DNA from: Lama glama | Taxonomy: Eukaryota | Assembly (NCBI GenBank): GCA_028534125.1 | Contig: CM052817.1 | Location: forward strand, 79,424,001-79,488,000 | Reading direction: 5' to 3' | DNA length: 64,000 nt | Part shown: positions 12,373 through 26,462 of the stretch, piece by piece | Layout: each line of letters opens with the position of its first letter | Position numbering within the stretch: the first letter of the stretch is position 1 | Program-made: the position numbers and the translations under genes | Notes under the pieces: model-generated | What the model was told of the DNA's origin: nothing | Database searches by the model: none | Seen by the model: only the letters and a program-made list of their open reading frames with translations

Positions 12373-13109
12373 ATACCCTCAAGGTTTTTTTTGTTTACAC
12401 AGTTGAGCTCTCTTTTTCTGGAGTAAAACCCTAGACTAAGAGTGTGTATGGATTTTATATTTATAAAACTTTGTCATAATATGGTTTAGGCTGGGGTTTG
12501 CCTTGTGGTGGTTAAATTGTGGGCAATCGTTGGCAGTTTGCACAGGGAGGTCCTTCCATGTTTGTTATGGCATGATCACTCACCAGTCAAGTTCCTGTCC
12601 CTGGAAATGAGGAGACAAGCCATGGAGTCAGGAAGGGAAAACGGTTCTCAAGTTCATGTTTGGGTGATGTAATGTGAATGGAAAACTGAAGGGTAAACAG
12701 CTTTTCAAATGGATAAAACTGATCATAACAGGCATCTTACAGGCCACTGAAGCATTGATTCTGTTCATTTTTACTTTTCCAAAGCATGAGGTCTGTTTGT
12801 AAGCAGAGGCAGTAAGTTGACATTCACTGTGTGGAAAGCAATATAGTGGGCGGTGAAGGTTACATGAAGAGTAGTCCAGATGCAGAGGCAGAAAGTGAAA
12901 AACAAAATGACAAACATTTCTACCAAGCAATACATCAAGTGCAAGTTAATACACAGTTACGCCTTATCAAGCCATCACTTATCTGCCGATCTCAACTCTG
13001 CAACACAGCCTTAGATCCTGAATATGCAAAACAATTTCTGCTCAAATGAAAATACATGTTAGAAAATGTATGCACCTTGCCAGAACCAGCTTATTTAGTC
13101 ACAATTCAG

Positions 13110-13540
13110 AGTACTGTGAGGACTTTGGCTTTTATTCTGGGGTAAAGAAGACATTGCAGGGTTTGGAGCCGAGGATTAATATGACTGCCTTTGACAGATC
13201 ACTCTGCCTGCCATGTTGAGAAGAGACCATGGGTAGAAGGGGTCAGAGTAGAAGTGAGGAAAGCAGGAGGTTATTGCAACCATCCAGGGAAAGGTGATGG
13301 AGGCTTGGATTCACATGCAAAGAGTAGAGTTGGTAAGAACTAATTAAATTCTGGATATATATTGGAGGTAGGGCCAACAGGATTTACTATTAGAATGCAT
13401 ATGGGAAGTGAGAGATGGGGACATATGAAGGATGACTCCAGATTTTTTTGCTGAGCAAATATAAATATGGTGTTCTAATTTAAAAAAAAGGGGGGGCGAA
13501 AGACTGTGGGAGGAGCAGTTTGGACAGAAAGACAATGGCT
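13110..13540 (+). mobile_element. L2 fragment
   Basis: GAGGACTTTGGCTTTTATTCTG, AGATCACTCTG, ATTCTGGATATATATTGGAGGTAG are typical L2 motifs. Confidence 0.8.
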
Positions 13541-16500
13541 TTCCAATGATGGTGCCTTGGCATGAAGATGAGGTTAATTTATATTCAATAGGCGTGGTTA
13601 TACAAGGCATAACAAATAAGTGATATATCATTACAGAAAGTTTACCTTTAAAAAAGAATTTAGGTGACTAACCATTGGCAGTCAAAGAGATAAGCTTATG
13701 CCTGTGAAATGTTTCCCTCGTGTAGAACAGATCGTCCCCTCACAAAGCCAGAATAGTGAAAATGTTTTCATTACTAAGAACTGAGAGAACACAAAGTAAA
13801 GGAATAATCAGATTTAATTGGGCTAATTCAGGGAAAGTCTCCTGGAGTAGGTATTGTTTAACCTAGAAGAAAGATTTCTCAGAAGAAAGAAAGGCAGAGG
13901 AATCTTAGAGATGGAGTGATTCTCCAGCTTGGAGAACTCAAGAAGCCTCCAGCTAAAAACCAAGACTATTGATTCAGGGAGGTGAGAGAGAAAATGGGTC
14001 CATGAGAGGATCTGAGGGAAGGAGGTAGATTGAACTGATGAGACACAAGAAAGAAAAAGAATAAATAGGCATCAGAATTGACTTGTTGGGCAAGTGCCCA
14101 CTTCCTCTCCAGAAGCGTTGACCAAATTGTGTTAAAGTCACCTTCATGCCTCAATTAAAATTCTATCATTTTAAATGAGACTTCCTCTTCAAGCCTAGGA
14201 AGGGGTTATTATTCAGAAGGTATGAACCAACTGTTCATCACCTCCAATAAGGACCGGATGTGAGGAAAAAGAAGGATAAGAATTTCTTGCCTGTTATTAA
14301 ATCTCAGAATGAGGTCCTGAGAACAATCTGCCACCAGATTAATCTTCTTAAGCACCATTTTGTGTCACTGGCCTTTGCCAAACTCCCATGGTTTCTTATT
14401 GCTACCAACTTGAGTCTCACCTGCTCAGACCTCTGTGGTTTGGCCCCAAAGTGTCTGGGCAGACTCGATGTCCACCCCTCCTATCCACATGCCTAAAGGT
14501 CCAGCCAGTCTGGCTGTCAGTCTCGCAACATATGGCTGTGCTCACGGTGGTACAGTCTCTCCTTCTCCTGGCCTGTCTCCCATCCCAGCTTTTCCTTCTT
14601 CCATTCCTTTCAAGACCTAGCAATGCCTTTTCTTGTAATGCCTTTTCAGGGAGAAATGATATATATACATATATGTAACACACACACACACACACTATTT
14701 ACTATATATAGCATTTATATCCTGCCTTGTGGCTTTATTACCTGAACATATTCATTGATTCATTGACTGTCTCTGGTGCACCTAATGTATCCCTCACAGC
14801 ATCAAGGAGCCATAAACAAATGGATGATATTCTCTTGATACTTTCAGAAAATAAGGCAGAATGGTTTCACATTGGTTTGGAATAATATAAAGTCCTGATT
14901 AAGAGGCAAGGAAAAGATGAAAAATATTACACCCAATTAATGTTCACCAGTTTTTCCAGTTTGATATGCATGTTCAATCTTCCTGTCGAGTGCCCAAGGA
15001 CAGGTTTTATGGTGTGATATGTGCTGATTAACTCCAGATACCAATTTTGATAGAGAGTGTTTTTGTTTATAGTACAGAAAACCAGCCGAGATGAAAAAAA
15101 AATCAGGTGCACAAGATATATTCTTTTAGGTTATGAATTCTCATCACCAAATACTGCATCTACAATATACCAAACAAATGAGGATCATTTGTATTAATAA
15201 ATCAGCTGAAATTGGGAAGTAAGGAGGAAAGAAGGGGAGAGTAGGGAAGGGCTGGAGAGGGAGGGACGAGTCCCGTGAGGCTTCCTGAAACACAGGAGAG
15301 AAATGATTTAGTGCCCGATGAGAACTGAAGGCCTCCTACTTTATAAACCACAGTTTAAAACATGAATATATTCCTCAAGCTTTAAGAAACATTTGATTAA
15401 ATGTTGAAAAAGTGCTCTTGTTTCACTCTGGGAAGTAAGAGGGAGATGACTCTGGTAGCGATGGCAACAAACCTGTACGTCATTAGTGAATAGTAACAAA
15501 ATACGAAGACACAGAATTTCAAATCTGTCCAGTGGGCAGAGTGATTCAGTTTATTGACTGTAGCAATATGTGCCTAACTCTGCATGGCAGTAAAGTGTAT
15601 TAAATTAAATTCCATTGGCTTACGATGTGAGATCCCTACACCAAAAGATTTCTCGTCTAACTAACCACTTGAGCATTTTGCATTTCCTCAGCGCTGGATG
15701 TTTTATAACCAATCTGTATTAACTGTGGTCATTTATGATAATTCATTCAGGATGAATGGTCACTTGGTAAAATCATCTCGTTGGAAAAAACACTGATATT
15801 AATCACCTGATTCAATGCAGAGGAAAACGGTATTATCATAAACATATACTGGCACTCCTTTCTTCTCATCGAGTTTTGAATTCCTAACTCTATGGCTAAG
15901 ACCCTATATTTAAAAAGGAGAAAAAAAGAGGAGAAAAATAGTCACATGTGACAGTTTTTTTTAAAAATGCTGTGAATTTTTAGCATTTCTGTCTTGAAAC
16001 TAGTCTAGAACATTCTCATCATTTTTAAGAAGCTCTAAATCCCTACTTAGGTAAAAGTTTTTATTTTTATTTTCTTCCTTTTTCTTCCCAGAGTTTCAAA
16101 CCATTAAGTTAACTAATTGACAAAATGTAATGTTTTATCATGGAAAATAATAGGATCAGTAATGGAGTAAGGGAAAAACCTAAAATATTCCATTTCAAAA
16201 AATCAGTCTACCTTCTCTATGGTGGTTATTCTTATGAGGATTTTTTTATCCTTAAGAGAGAGAGCGTGTATATGTTTAGATTAATTTTGCATTTTTGATG
16301 TTGTTTAATCTTCAAACCAGATGATTATCTTTGTTATCTGATGGGGTATTAATAGAACTGTTTGGTGACTACATTATAAATACTGAACCATAAACATGCT
16401 AATCTCACAAAGACTATTTAATGTGCAAATAACATGAATGACTAAGTAAAAACAGTGTCTGTATTAGATTTTGCACTAAGTATAAAATAATTTAGTATCA

Positions 16501-17846
16501 GATCAGAATTAACTTTTCCCTCAATTAAATTCCCATGGCACTTAGTTGTCCATGGGTATGTATTACTGGCTGTCTCATTTCCTAGCAATTTGGAGAGCCC
16601 TGGGAAAGGCTGGAGCCCTACTGCTAAGCCAGCTGAATAACCACTCAGCCTAGAGCGAGTTTCAGTTGGGCTGGAGAGGTGAGGAGAACTAAGTTAGTAG
16701 TTGTTTTCCTCATAACGAAAAGGAGAAGAAGAAATTCTCACCTAGCCACAGAGGCTGACAGTGAACATGTCAGCTAAGCAGGGCTAGCCACATAAAGCCT
16801 TGCCTATATAAAGGGGTAAGACCCGGAGGGAGGCAGGGCTTAAAGGAAAGCTAAGCAAAGATGTTAAGAGAGAATGGGGTGGACAGACAATGAGAAGAGG
16901 ACCTAGAGAAGTGTGTTCTTACCATTCATGTTTAATCCAAGCTGTATGTGTATTAATTCATTTAGTTCTGTGAATAAGACGAAAGTGATTAAAGAATGAA
17001 AAAAAGTTCCTAGGCAGTTATGGGTTCCCTTGGACATTTAGATAACTTTAATTTCATATGATTTTAAATTGCCATTTAGACAAATATTTGTAGAATTGGA
17101 AGAACCAAATTTAAAAACTCTTATGTTCAACCTGCTTAAAGCTGAATATGTGTGGTGCTGGCTTAGCCCAGTTGAGAACCCTTAATTAGTAAGCTTGATA
17201 TTTGGTTTCCTCTGTTCAGTGTGCCACGTTTATCTCTTGAGCCTCGCTTGGAAGCTCAGACGCCGGAAGCTAGGACGCCAGAACCTGGGGTGAATCTGTC
17301 TTCAAGAATCAAGGCTTTCAGTCTCCTAAATCACTATATCCAGGTTCTGTCTGCTTAGTCTGCTTGGTTGTTACTGATCTTTGTTCTCTCCACCTAAAAC
17401 TTAATTAATAGAGTGAACATCTGCCCAGTAAGATGCATCTTCCTCATAGTGAAAACCTGACTCAGTTTCTCCTCATAACAGTTTAATGTATATTCTGTTA
17501 CATCCTGTGACTTAGCAGGAACATGAAAATTAAGAGTAGCAGGATGGGATAGAAGGAGAGATACTGATAGAAATTAAGGAGTCAAGGTGCAAGCAGGGAA
17601 GCAGATCCAACTTCAAACGGCAGGAAACTCCACCAGGTGCCAGTGCGCTGCATCCAGAGAGCACAGTCCTGGCAGGCACTGGCTGTCCTCAAGAGAAGGA
17701 AGACCCAAGGAAGGGAGGGAGAGGGAGGCCATTGCTGTATCTAGAACATTTCATTTCTCATAAAGGGAAAAAAGATGTAATATACATACAACAAAATGTA
17801 GATATTTGTTAAGTCTGGGTGGTGGAGGCACGTGTATATACTAAAC

Positions 17847-18035
17847 CAGTGGTTCTCAAGATATGGTCCCCAGACCAGCAACGTCAGCATCGCTTGGAAA
17901 TGGATTAGAAATGCAAATTCTCAGCCTCCACCCGAGACCTACTGAATCAGAAACTCTGCAAATGGAACCCAACAACCAGTGTTTTCACAGGTCCCCCAGG
18001 TGATTCTGGTGCATGCTAAAGCTTGAGAACCAACG
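17847..18035 (+). mobile_element. MER5A hAT-Charlie MITE
   Basis: CAGTGGTTCTCAA...TTAGAAATGCAAATTCTCAG...ACTGAATCAGAAACTCTG...TTGAGAACCA. Confidence 0.9.
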
Positions 18036-18076
18036 TAATGGAGTATTCTCTGTACCTGTCTATATGTTGTTTTAAA

Positions 18077-18649
18077 TGTCACAGTGATGATGGGGGAGCC
18101 CTGACAGGGGTGCTAGTGGAGGGCAGCTGTGGGGAGAGGTCAAACTGGTCTGGTCGTAGGGCAGAGTTTCAGGAATGGGATCCTGGTGCCCTGCAGAGTA
18201 GGGGATGAGTGGTGGGCAAGGCTTGGTTTAGAACAAAAGTAAAAGGCAAGACGGTCATTTACAAGGAATGTTTGTTTAAAAGAAAAAAAGGGATGGTGCT
18301 GGGCAGGTTAAGCAAGACAAAGTCTTAGGTACAGAATAAGGCAACGACCTTGTTAGCAGAGGACATCAGATGGAGGCTTAGACTAAGAACATGGGCACCT
18401 GGTTTTAGCAAACGGGGCCCCTTCAGCACTGGACTGCTTAGCTGCAGCAAAGCCGACTTGGTGCTTAAATGCCCAGGCTGCTAAACTCCCCTCCTCCCTC
18501 GCCTTCTCTTCTCCCTGGTTTCTTTCCCACCCAGGCCAGACCACAGGCAAACCTGCAGGTGGGGGTCCAGGGGCTTTGCAGCAATTGAGGGGCTAGGCTG
18601 GCCAAGGTAAGTCAGATGGATGCGTTAGGTAAAACGTCTCTCTGTAACA
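18077..18649. mobile_element. Probable ancient solo LTR
   Basis: TGTCACAG...CTGTAACA inverted termini (7/8 match), 573 bp, GC-richer than flanks; family not identified. Confidence 0.35.
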
Positions 18650-19639
18650 AAACTCCCCTCTTTCCTTGCTTGTTCCAGACCTGAACAAAAAGAGCAAAGT
18701 TAATTAAAAAAAAAACCCTTTAAAAATATTATTTCAACTGTGTAAAATGTAAGTTTTAAAATGCACAGAATCAAAGTTTTCCAACCGTCACGGCCATGAA
18801 TTAAATTTTCACAAAGCCTCCAAGTCTTCAGATTTGGCCTGAATTAACCTGGATGTTTTTTCTCATCCTTTGAGTTTCTCTTAAGAGTTGCTCCTCTCGT
18901 ACGTACTCCCTCTTTCATCCCAGAAAGTTCTTAAAGCTCTTGGAGTTCAAATAAATATGCTGACCTAACGCTCCCTGCCAAGACATTAGTACTAATGGCC
19001 TGGTCTGAAGAGGTTGCTGTATTAAGACACCAGAGCTTGCTGCTTCAGTCGTATTTACCTTGGTGAAGAATCCCTTACTGTTTGCCTCAGACAGTGGATG
19101 CTGAGAAGGAAAAAAATGCAGGGAGCTTGACTTTTTTTTTTTTTGACAATGTCTAAACCTGATTTATTTAGATACTTGGTTTTAAAGGCTGTCACATTTG
19201 GAAAAGGTATCACACAAGGATGAGTACATCAGAGTGGAGAAAGTGCATCAGGTGGTGCTTACTGAACATTGCTATTTTTTATTTCTCAATTAATTCCATA
19301 CACCAATCATATAAAGGCACATCATACACATACAGCATACTTGATATACCAAGAATTAATCTATATAGATAAGATTAATCAAACTTACTTTTTCCTATTT
19401 TATATAAGATAAAAATAAATTTTAATAGATGTTCTGTTACTTTCTTCCGTGACCCAGTTGATTATCGTATGTGCCCTCTGTGGTTCATACACAATATACC
19501 CATAGAATTTACGTGACATTTTTGAAAGTCCTTGCATTGTAGAAACTAAGTGTATAGTTTCCCCATAAAATGTAATAGAGTATAACAGAAAAATGGAAAT
19601 CATTTGCAGACCTTTAGTGGTACTACAAAACAATGAAAG

Positions 19640-19955
19640 TCATTTTTTTAAATTATTTTTAATGGAGTATAGTGGATGTAAAAATTACAAAGTTTCAGGT
19701 GTGCAACATAGTAATTAACAATTTTTAAAGGTTATGTTCCATTTATAATTATTATAAAATATTGGCTATATTCCTAATGTTGTATAATATATCCTTGTAG
19801 TTTATTTATTTTATATGTAATAGTTTGTACCTCTTAATCTCCTACCCCATCTTGCCCCTCCCACTTCCCTTTCTTCTCTGGTACTAGTTGATTCTCTATA
19901 TCTGTAAGTCTGTTTCTTTTTTGCTGTATTCACTAGTTAGTTTTATTTTTTAGAG
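19640..19955 (-). mobile_element. L1 3' end fragment
   Basis: T-rich head, TTTCAGGTGTGCAACATAG, AAAATATTGGCTATATTCC. Confidence 0.8.
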
Positions 19956-20399
19956 TCTAACTTTTTAAAATTACTTTTGAATTGATCACAAATGGCACAT
20001 CATTGACAACTCACTATTTCATCAGTCATACACCACACACTGAAGTTTGTAGAACCTGGTTGAATTAAGTGTTTTATTCTCTCACAGAGATTGATTTAGC
20101 ACACCCTGGAAATGTTTGTGTTGCAATTCTGTCATTTACAAAAGTGTAGGAATAATATCATATCCCCTGACAGGGATGTCTAAAATCTCTGAGATCTACT
20201 AAAAGGCAAATGATTATCATTATACTGTATTAGAGTTATAGTCAAGAACTGGTACTCATTTCTCTTTAGCACACCAGTAAAAACAAAATTCCCAGGAAGC
20301 ATGTCATACACAGAAGATCCAGGGGAGATGAAAACATTCCAAAGTGAAAATTCTAATTTTGTAGCAATAAAAATTATTCTGAACATGAACTTATTGTTA

Positions 20400-20871
20400 T
20401 GTTTGGTAGGCAGAATAATGCCCCTGCAAAGAAGACCACATCCTAATCTCCAGAATCTGTGAATATGTTAGGTTACAGGGAAAGGGGATTGAAGGATGTT
20501 GATAAGTGGATTTTAAAATAGGGAAGTTATCATAGATTATCCACGTGGGTCCAGTTTAATCACAACATCCTTAAAAGGGGGCAGGGAGGTGGGGAAGGCA
20601 GAAGAGTGAAAACCAGTGAGAAGGCAGCATGAGGGTTCAGCTTGATGTTGCTGTCTTTGAAGCTGGGAAGGGGCCACAAGCCAAGGACAGTAGGTGGCCT
20701 CTAGAAGCTAGAAAAGGCAAAGAAATGGATTTTCCCCTCAAGCCTCCAGAAAGAACATAGCCTTGCCAACGCCTCAATTATAGCCCAGTGAGATGCATTT
20801 CAGACTTCCAACCTCCAGAACTGTAAGATAAATTTCTGGTAATTAGTTACAGCAACAATAGGGAGCTAATA
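20400..20871 (+). mobile_element. MaLR LTR (MLT1C/D-like)
   Basis: GGTAGGCAGAATAATGCCCC start, CTAGAAGCTAGAAAAGGCAA, CCTCCAGAACTGTAAGATAAAT, GTTACAGCAACAATAGG end. Confidence 0.88.
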
Positions 20872-23800
20872 AGAGCTGGTTTCTGGGAGATACGGTGGGA
20901 GAATCAGAATCCCCATTATCTAAGACTGACTTTGGAAACTCACCCATCTTGCACACTGCTAAGGCAGAGGGGGAGTGGGTGGGCTCTCTGGGGTTATGCT
21001 GGCCACGTTCTCCTCTCAGTCTCCCTCATCATGAGTCTTCTCCTTCTAGAGAAAATTCTGAGGGAGAGAAGAGTTGGATTGGGGGTTGAAGTCTGAACCC
21101 TGACTTCTTAATTTGTAAATGAGGAGATGAGATCAGATCATCTCAAGGGAAAACCAAGCCCATCTCTGAAATGCCCCAGTTCCATTAATGAGGAGATATG
21201 AATACGTAACTACATCCATCACTTCAAATACAGAAGCCTCAAAACTTAAATCTGTATGTTGTCTGATTCCAAAGAGTGAGGATTTTGGATATGCTGCTCC
21301 ATTTCACTATGTCTGAAAGGCCTGTGTTTTCTATATTAGAAAATAGCTCCTGTGGTTGATGAATAATTCTTCAAACTTAGGGTTAAAGTATAACTGAAGT
21401 GAAGCTCAGCAGGATGAGACTGTGTGGCTGGCAGTCACGGGTAGGGGGCGGGATATCTTCACGCAGATGGAGTTCTGGTCTCTAGCAGCCCTTCAAGTGA
21501 TTCTGCTTCTGCAGATTTCCCTGTGCCCCAGCCACTGTACTTATTGAAGAATGAATGAATAAGTGAGTGAGTGAGTGAATGAGTGAATGAATATGCTGGC
21601 TTTTTGCTGCTTGCCTTATTTACCCCAGTGTCCATACAACCCATAAGGGAAGTGGGAAAACACAGTGGCTGCCTTTGGCCCAACACACACCTGATTTGCT
21701 TTCCTCTAGCCATGTTTTTTCTATCATATAGTTGTCCTTTAAAAAGAGACTTACATATTGCTTTAAAAAATATCATTCTAAACAAATTGCTTTAAAAATA
21801 TCATTCTCATATGAATGAGATGAAGTAGAAAGTCATAAATCTATTTGAGTCTTACATCTAGAACAAATGAACATTTTTAAGAAATAAGGATTGAAAAAAA
21901 TCAACCAAAAGAATTCTGCTCCAGACTTTCTACCTCAGACTAAGTTATAACAACATGAAAAACTGACTCAGATGATCTGCATTCTCTCTCTTCTCTTGCT
22001 AAGTGCATTTTCCACTTAATCTTCTATTCGTATAATTATCTGCATTCTGAATATTGACTCATGTGTCATGATTTTTTTCAGTGGCCTTTTGTTTGAGTAA
22101 ATTGAGATTGGCTGGCTAAAATGCATTGGCTAATACCATAAAGCATATTTTTATTTTCCCCCACCATGTGAAACTAATATTACATCATCAGTTGGCCTTG
22201 TTGGATAATCATAAAGAATAATGAGAAAAGAAAGCAGAGAACTGATTTTCAGATATCAGTTATTAGAGGATTCATTTCTTCCCCCCAAAGGACTGAGGTA
22301 TTTTAATATAAAATTTTTCTTAAACAGAGTGTAAATTATTCGTGAAATATGACTAACAATATATAGTGTAAAAATAATACTTCCTAGTTCAGTTTAGATC
22401 ACTTGACTATCTTCCCAAAGTAAAATACAGCCTTAGGAAGAGCTCATTCTTTTTTTCCTATCTTGAAAGTTACAGCCAAGTTAAGTGGAATCATACATTT
22501 CCTACTTTCCATTTCCCATGATGCTGGACTATTACACAGGAAATAAACATGATTGAGTCTGTTTGTTTCCTAAAACCATGAGAAAAATGTGAACTGCTTG
22601 GAAAGTTACACTCAAGGGAAAAGACTCATGCTGAGATCATTGATGTTGTGAACGTGTTTGGTTACTTTTCTCAAGAGTCCACTTCTCATCACCAGATTGG
22701 GAAGCCTGCAGCTCATAGAGAAATAGCCCCTCCTGTCCAAGGTCAACAATTGAGGAAAAGGACCAAGTTTAATAGATCTCTTCAGTGCCCAAGGATGTTG
22801 ACTGTGACAGAAATATTGCATCGATCTTCCACCTCTGTCAGCTTTACAGGGCATGAATTATGATATTTTAAGTTTAATTTACTAGATGCCTTCAAACCTA
22901 ATCAAAGACTTGGATTAAATTTCTTCTACTCCTCAAGCCGCCTTTGATTACAGCTATGGCCCAGATCTTGTAGAGTTAATTCTTTGCTTAGCTTGCAGTC
23001 AAATGTATAAGTAAAGTGGCAGGCCATAAAGGGTTTTTTGGATAACTGCTATCTTGAGGAGAGGGAGTTGACAAAGAGGAAGAGAGGCGTTAGCAGCCTG
23101 CAGGGCAGTAGACAGAACGGGGGAACGATGTGAGGAGGAGAAAGGATTGGAGAGCTCAGTGTCTGAGACGTGTCCTAGGAGAACACGAGGTAGGTGAGGG
23201 AAATCCACAACCAAAACAGTCAGGATGTAGAGCTATCGCAAGGCACAGTGGAAGAGGCCGGGTATATTGCTGGATTATTTTATAAACATGGCTCACAGGA
23301 CTAAAATTGGAAACTGGCTGAGATGTTAGCTGGTTGAGAAAGCAGAAGCTGGGGAGAATCCTGACAGTTCAAACAAGACCTCAGCATTATATTTCAGTAT
23401 AGATCATACTTCAGCATAGATGCTATAGGCCTTGAAATGAAAAATGAGCGGCAGTAAAGAAGGGTTAAAAGAAATACTTTACATGTTGACTTGGGAAATA
23501 AAACCTCTTGAATCTTCTTCCTTCTCTTGAGAAAGCTTTGTTAGCTCCTTCCTTGCAGTTTCCTTGCTTCTCGTGACGCATGGCTTTCTGAGTCTGGCTT
23601 TGCTTATTCGGAGCTTTCCAGCTCCAGCTGAGACTGCTGTAGCTCTCCGGGGCCCGAGTCCCTTTCTTGTGAATGTTGACTATCTCATATCTCCCTGTTA
23701 CCTTGATCAGGTATCCTCCGCCTGCTACTGGCTATTTTCTATTTCATAGAAAATTTCATAAAGTTAGAATCATGGTGCGTTGTATTCACTTAACCACTCA

Positions 23801-23954
23801 TGATGTTACAACAGCTCTAGAACACAGTTTAGGGATATCTAAGAAACTAGTTAATTCCCTCAATAACTGTTGAAAATGCTAAAGCCCCTCAGTCTCCTTT
23901 CCTTTTTATCATTGTCCAGAGTTCTTTTTAATATTTTTTATCACAAAATGGAGG

Positions 23955-24445
23955 TGAAGGGGTCCAGAATAAGCCACTGCGGCGTAAGAATTAATGTGCT
24001 GAAGGCATTTGAGAATCGTTTTTTCCTGAACTTTCTTATCTGCTTAAAAGCAGAGCCTTCCAGAGGGACTTCATTGTCTTAAGTCTTCTCCCTGGGAGGT
24101 TCCCAACCAAGGAAGGTTGGCCCTGATCTCTGGGGAGAAGTCACACACTATACATCACACCTAAGCAGACAGTGTCCTTAACAATCACTGTCCCCATCTG
24201 CTCTGCTGAGGGCCTACTTATCTTTCCTAAAAGTCATTTGTTTTCTCTTCTCTTCTCCCTTTCCTCTGTTAAGATGATATGTAAGTCCCATATTCTCCCC
24301 ACCTCCTTGATTCACATTTTTGTGTGAACTTTCATGCTTAGATGAGTAAATTTTGCCTTTTCTCTTGCTAATTTCTTTTGTCAGTTTTATTTGCAGGTCC
24401 CCTAATATGAACCTAAGATGGTAGTTTTTCTGTATCCTTTAACTG
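23955..24445 (+). mobile_element. ERV1 solo LTR (MER34-like)
   Basis: Starts TGAAGGGGTCCAGAATAAGCCAC; ends TTTGCAGGTCCC...GAACCTAAGATGGTAG. Confidence 0.75.
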
Positions 24446-24689
24446 TCCCTTGTCATGGGGGTGGGGGTGAGTGTCCAATGTCAGCTAAGTGAATCTGCCT
24501 GCTATTTGTTATGAGCACACTGTTTGATTTCCTACCTCTATTCCTTTCTGTTTTTACTCAGGAATTGTCCATCTCTTCTCTCTTCTCCTTTTCATTCTCT
24601 TCTGAATTCCAAATTCAGCCAAAGTGCTATCTTAACATGAAACCTTTCATAAGCGTTTATCTAGCAATGACATTGTGTTTGAACCTCGA

Positions 24690-24870
24690 TACACAAGGAT
24701 TTGAACTTCTGACCCATTAACTAGGTGGATTTGAAAAGCTTAGTTGTCATCTCAGACTGCTTCCCTGTATGTCTAATGGAGGTAACACCTATCTAATAGG
24801 GTTGTTGTAAGGATTAAATGAGGTAATTGCTTATGTAAAAACATCTGGCATTTAGCAGTTGGTAAATAAA
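24690..24870 (+). mobile_element. MIR fragment
   Basis: Core ATAGGGTTGTTGTAAGGATTAAATGAG. Confidence 0.75.
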
Positions 24871-25409
24871 CATAGGTTAAATTTCTTTTATTCCTCTACC
24901 TTCATACTAGATATTTGCATATGAGTTTTACCACTTACTGGATTTGTTGAAGTCGAGACATATGATACATGTGTGTGCATATATATATATGCATACATAA
25001 ATACATATACCTGTGTTTATATGTGTATTTTACATGTATGTATACATATATACACAGATGTGTGTACATGGAAAGTATCTTTTGTTCAATAAATATCCAA
25101 ACTAAGACCCAGAGAGAGGTTATGACTTTAACCTAGCTAATTTGTTGGTTAAAGTCGCTCCCTTTTCTTTCACTTGAATAAAGCTGTTGTATATATGTAT
25201 CCATATATAACCTATACCCTGAAGATATACATATAATGTGTTGACTGAACACCAAGGCCAGGAAGTTGGTACCATACTGGCACAAACTCTTGCTTCAAGT
25301 GTACAGACACACCACCAAGCCCACACTGTGGTCTGCCCTTGGCTTCAGCTGGGCTGGCTCCACACTGCTGCTGGCCTGGGTCCAAGTAAGTGATATGGAC
25401 ACCGGGGCA

Positions 25410-25650
25410 GAGCAGAGCACCTAGGTTAACCTGGGAAACCTAGGTAGGGGTAAACATGGTTTGAATCCTCGTTCTCCCATTTCCAAAATAAGGACTTTGA
25501 CAAAAGTACTTAAGTTCCCTGTGCTTTGGTTTTGTCACCTGAAAACGAAGTAATAACAGTGCCTACTTCATAGGGTTACTGTGAGTGTTAAATGAGCCAG
25601 CACTTTAAGACCCTAACCTGGTATATAGTAAGCACTTAATGTTAGCTGTC
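25410..25650 (+). mobile_element. MIR
   Basis: GTAATAACAGTGCCTACTTCATAGGGTTACTGTGAGTGTTAAATGAG core. Confidence 0.8.
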
Positions 25651-26145
25651 AGCATGGTCACCATCATCATCATCATCATCTACTAGGTGATTCCACTTTA
25701 GGATTAGAAAGTTTGCTCAGGGTAAGGGTTTGATGTATTATCTTCTAGGCAGATACTCATATTTAATGAATTTATTTTAATCATCATTTGGCCTTTCATC
25801 CAAGAAATATTAAATCTAAAGTCATGAGAGCTGATATCTTCTCACAGAGCAAATTTTGTTTCATCACTTTGACTAACCAAATCTTAATTCATTTATATAT
25901 TAAAAATATTTTCCCCAAACGTCTGCTGTATATCACATAACCTCCAAAAGCAATGTTACTGAATCTTTGACTTCAATTCTATAAAAATTTTTGTGTATTA
26001 CCTAGAGCCATAGATATCGTGGACCTAGTAAACAAAAGTAAAAATGTGACATGAGATTTAGAAAAAGATTCTTGATGGAAATACAGCATCCTGTTAACAT
26101 GTAGCGCTTATGTGTTTTAAATGGACTCTCAGTGAAGGTCTAAGA

Positions 26146-26462
26146 CAGTGGTCAGCAACTTCAGCCTACTTCCTGCTTTTCTGCAGCCTGCGAGATCAGA
26201 AAGTTTTTCACGTTAAAATGATTGTGGAAAAAATTTTTTTAAAGAATATTTCATAACATGTGAAAACTATATGAAATTCAAGTTTCAGTGCTCATTAGTA
26301 AAGTTTTATTGGAAGACCATTCTGCTCACTTATTAAATATTGTCCATGGCTGCATTCACACCACAACAGTGCAGTTGAGCAGTCGCAACAGAGACTCGAT
26401 GTCCTGCAAAGGTGAAAACATTTGCCAACTGTCCCTTTACAGAAGAAGTTTGCTGACCCCTG
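26146..26462 (+). mobile_element. MER58 (B-like) hAT-Charlie element
   Basis: TIRs CAGTGGTCAGCAAC / TTTGCTGACCCCTG; 8-bp TSD GTCTAAGA (26138-26145) / CTCTAAGA (26463-26470). Confidence 0.9.

Noticed and set aside
15455..15520. MHC class II-like S-X-Y module
   Set aside because: X1-X2 spacing differs from the HLA-DRA arrangement and there is no Y box (ATTGG) about 20 bp downstream.
16803..16814. CArG (SRF) box
   Set aside because: It has eight A/T bases between CC and GG instead of six.
21757..21808. Short tandem duplication ATTGCTTTAAAAA(A)TATCATTCT (similar case at 34301-34337)
   Set aside because: Ordinary slippage duplications with no further structure.
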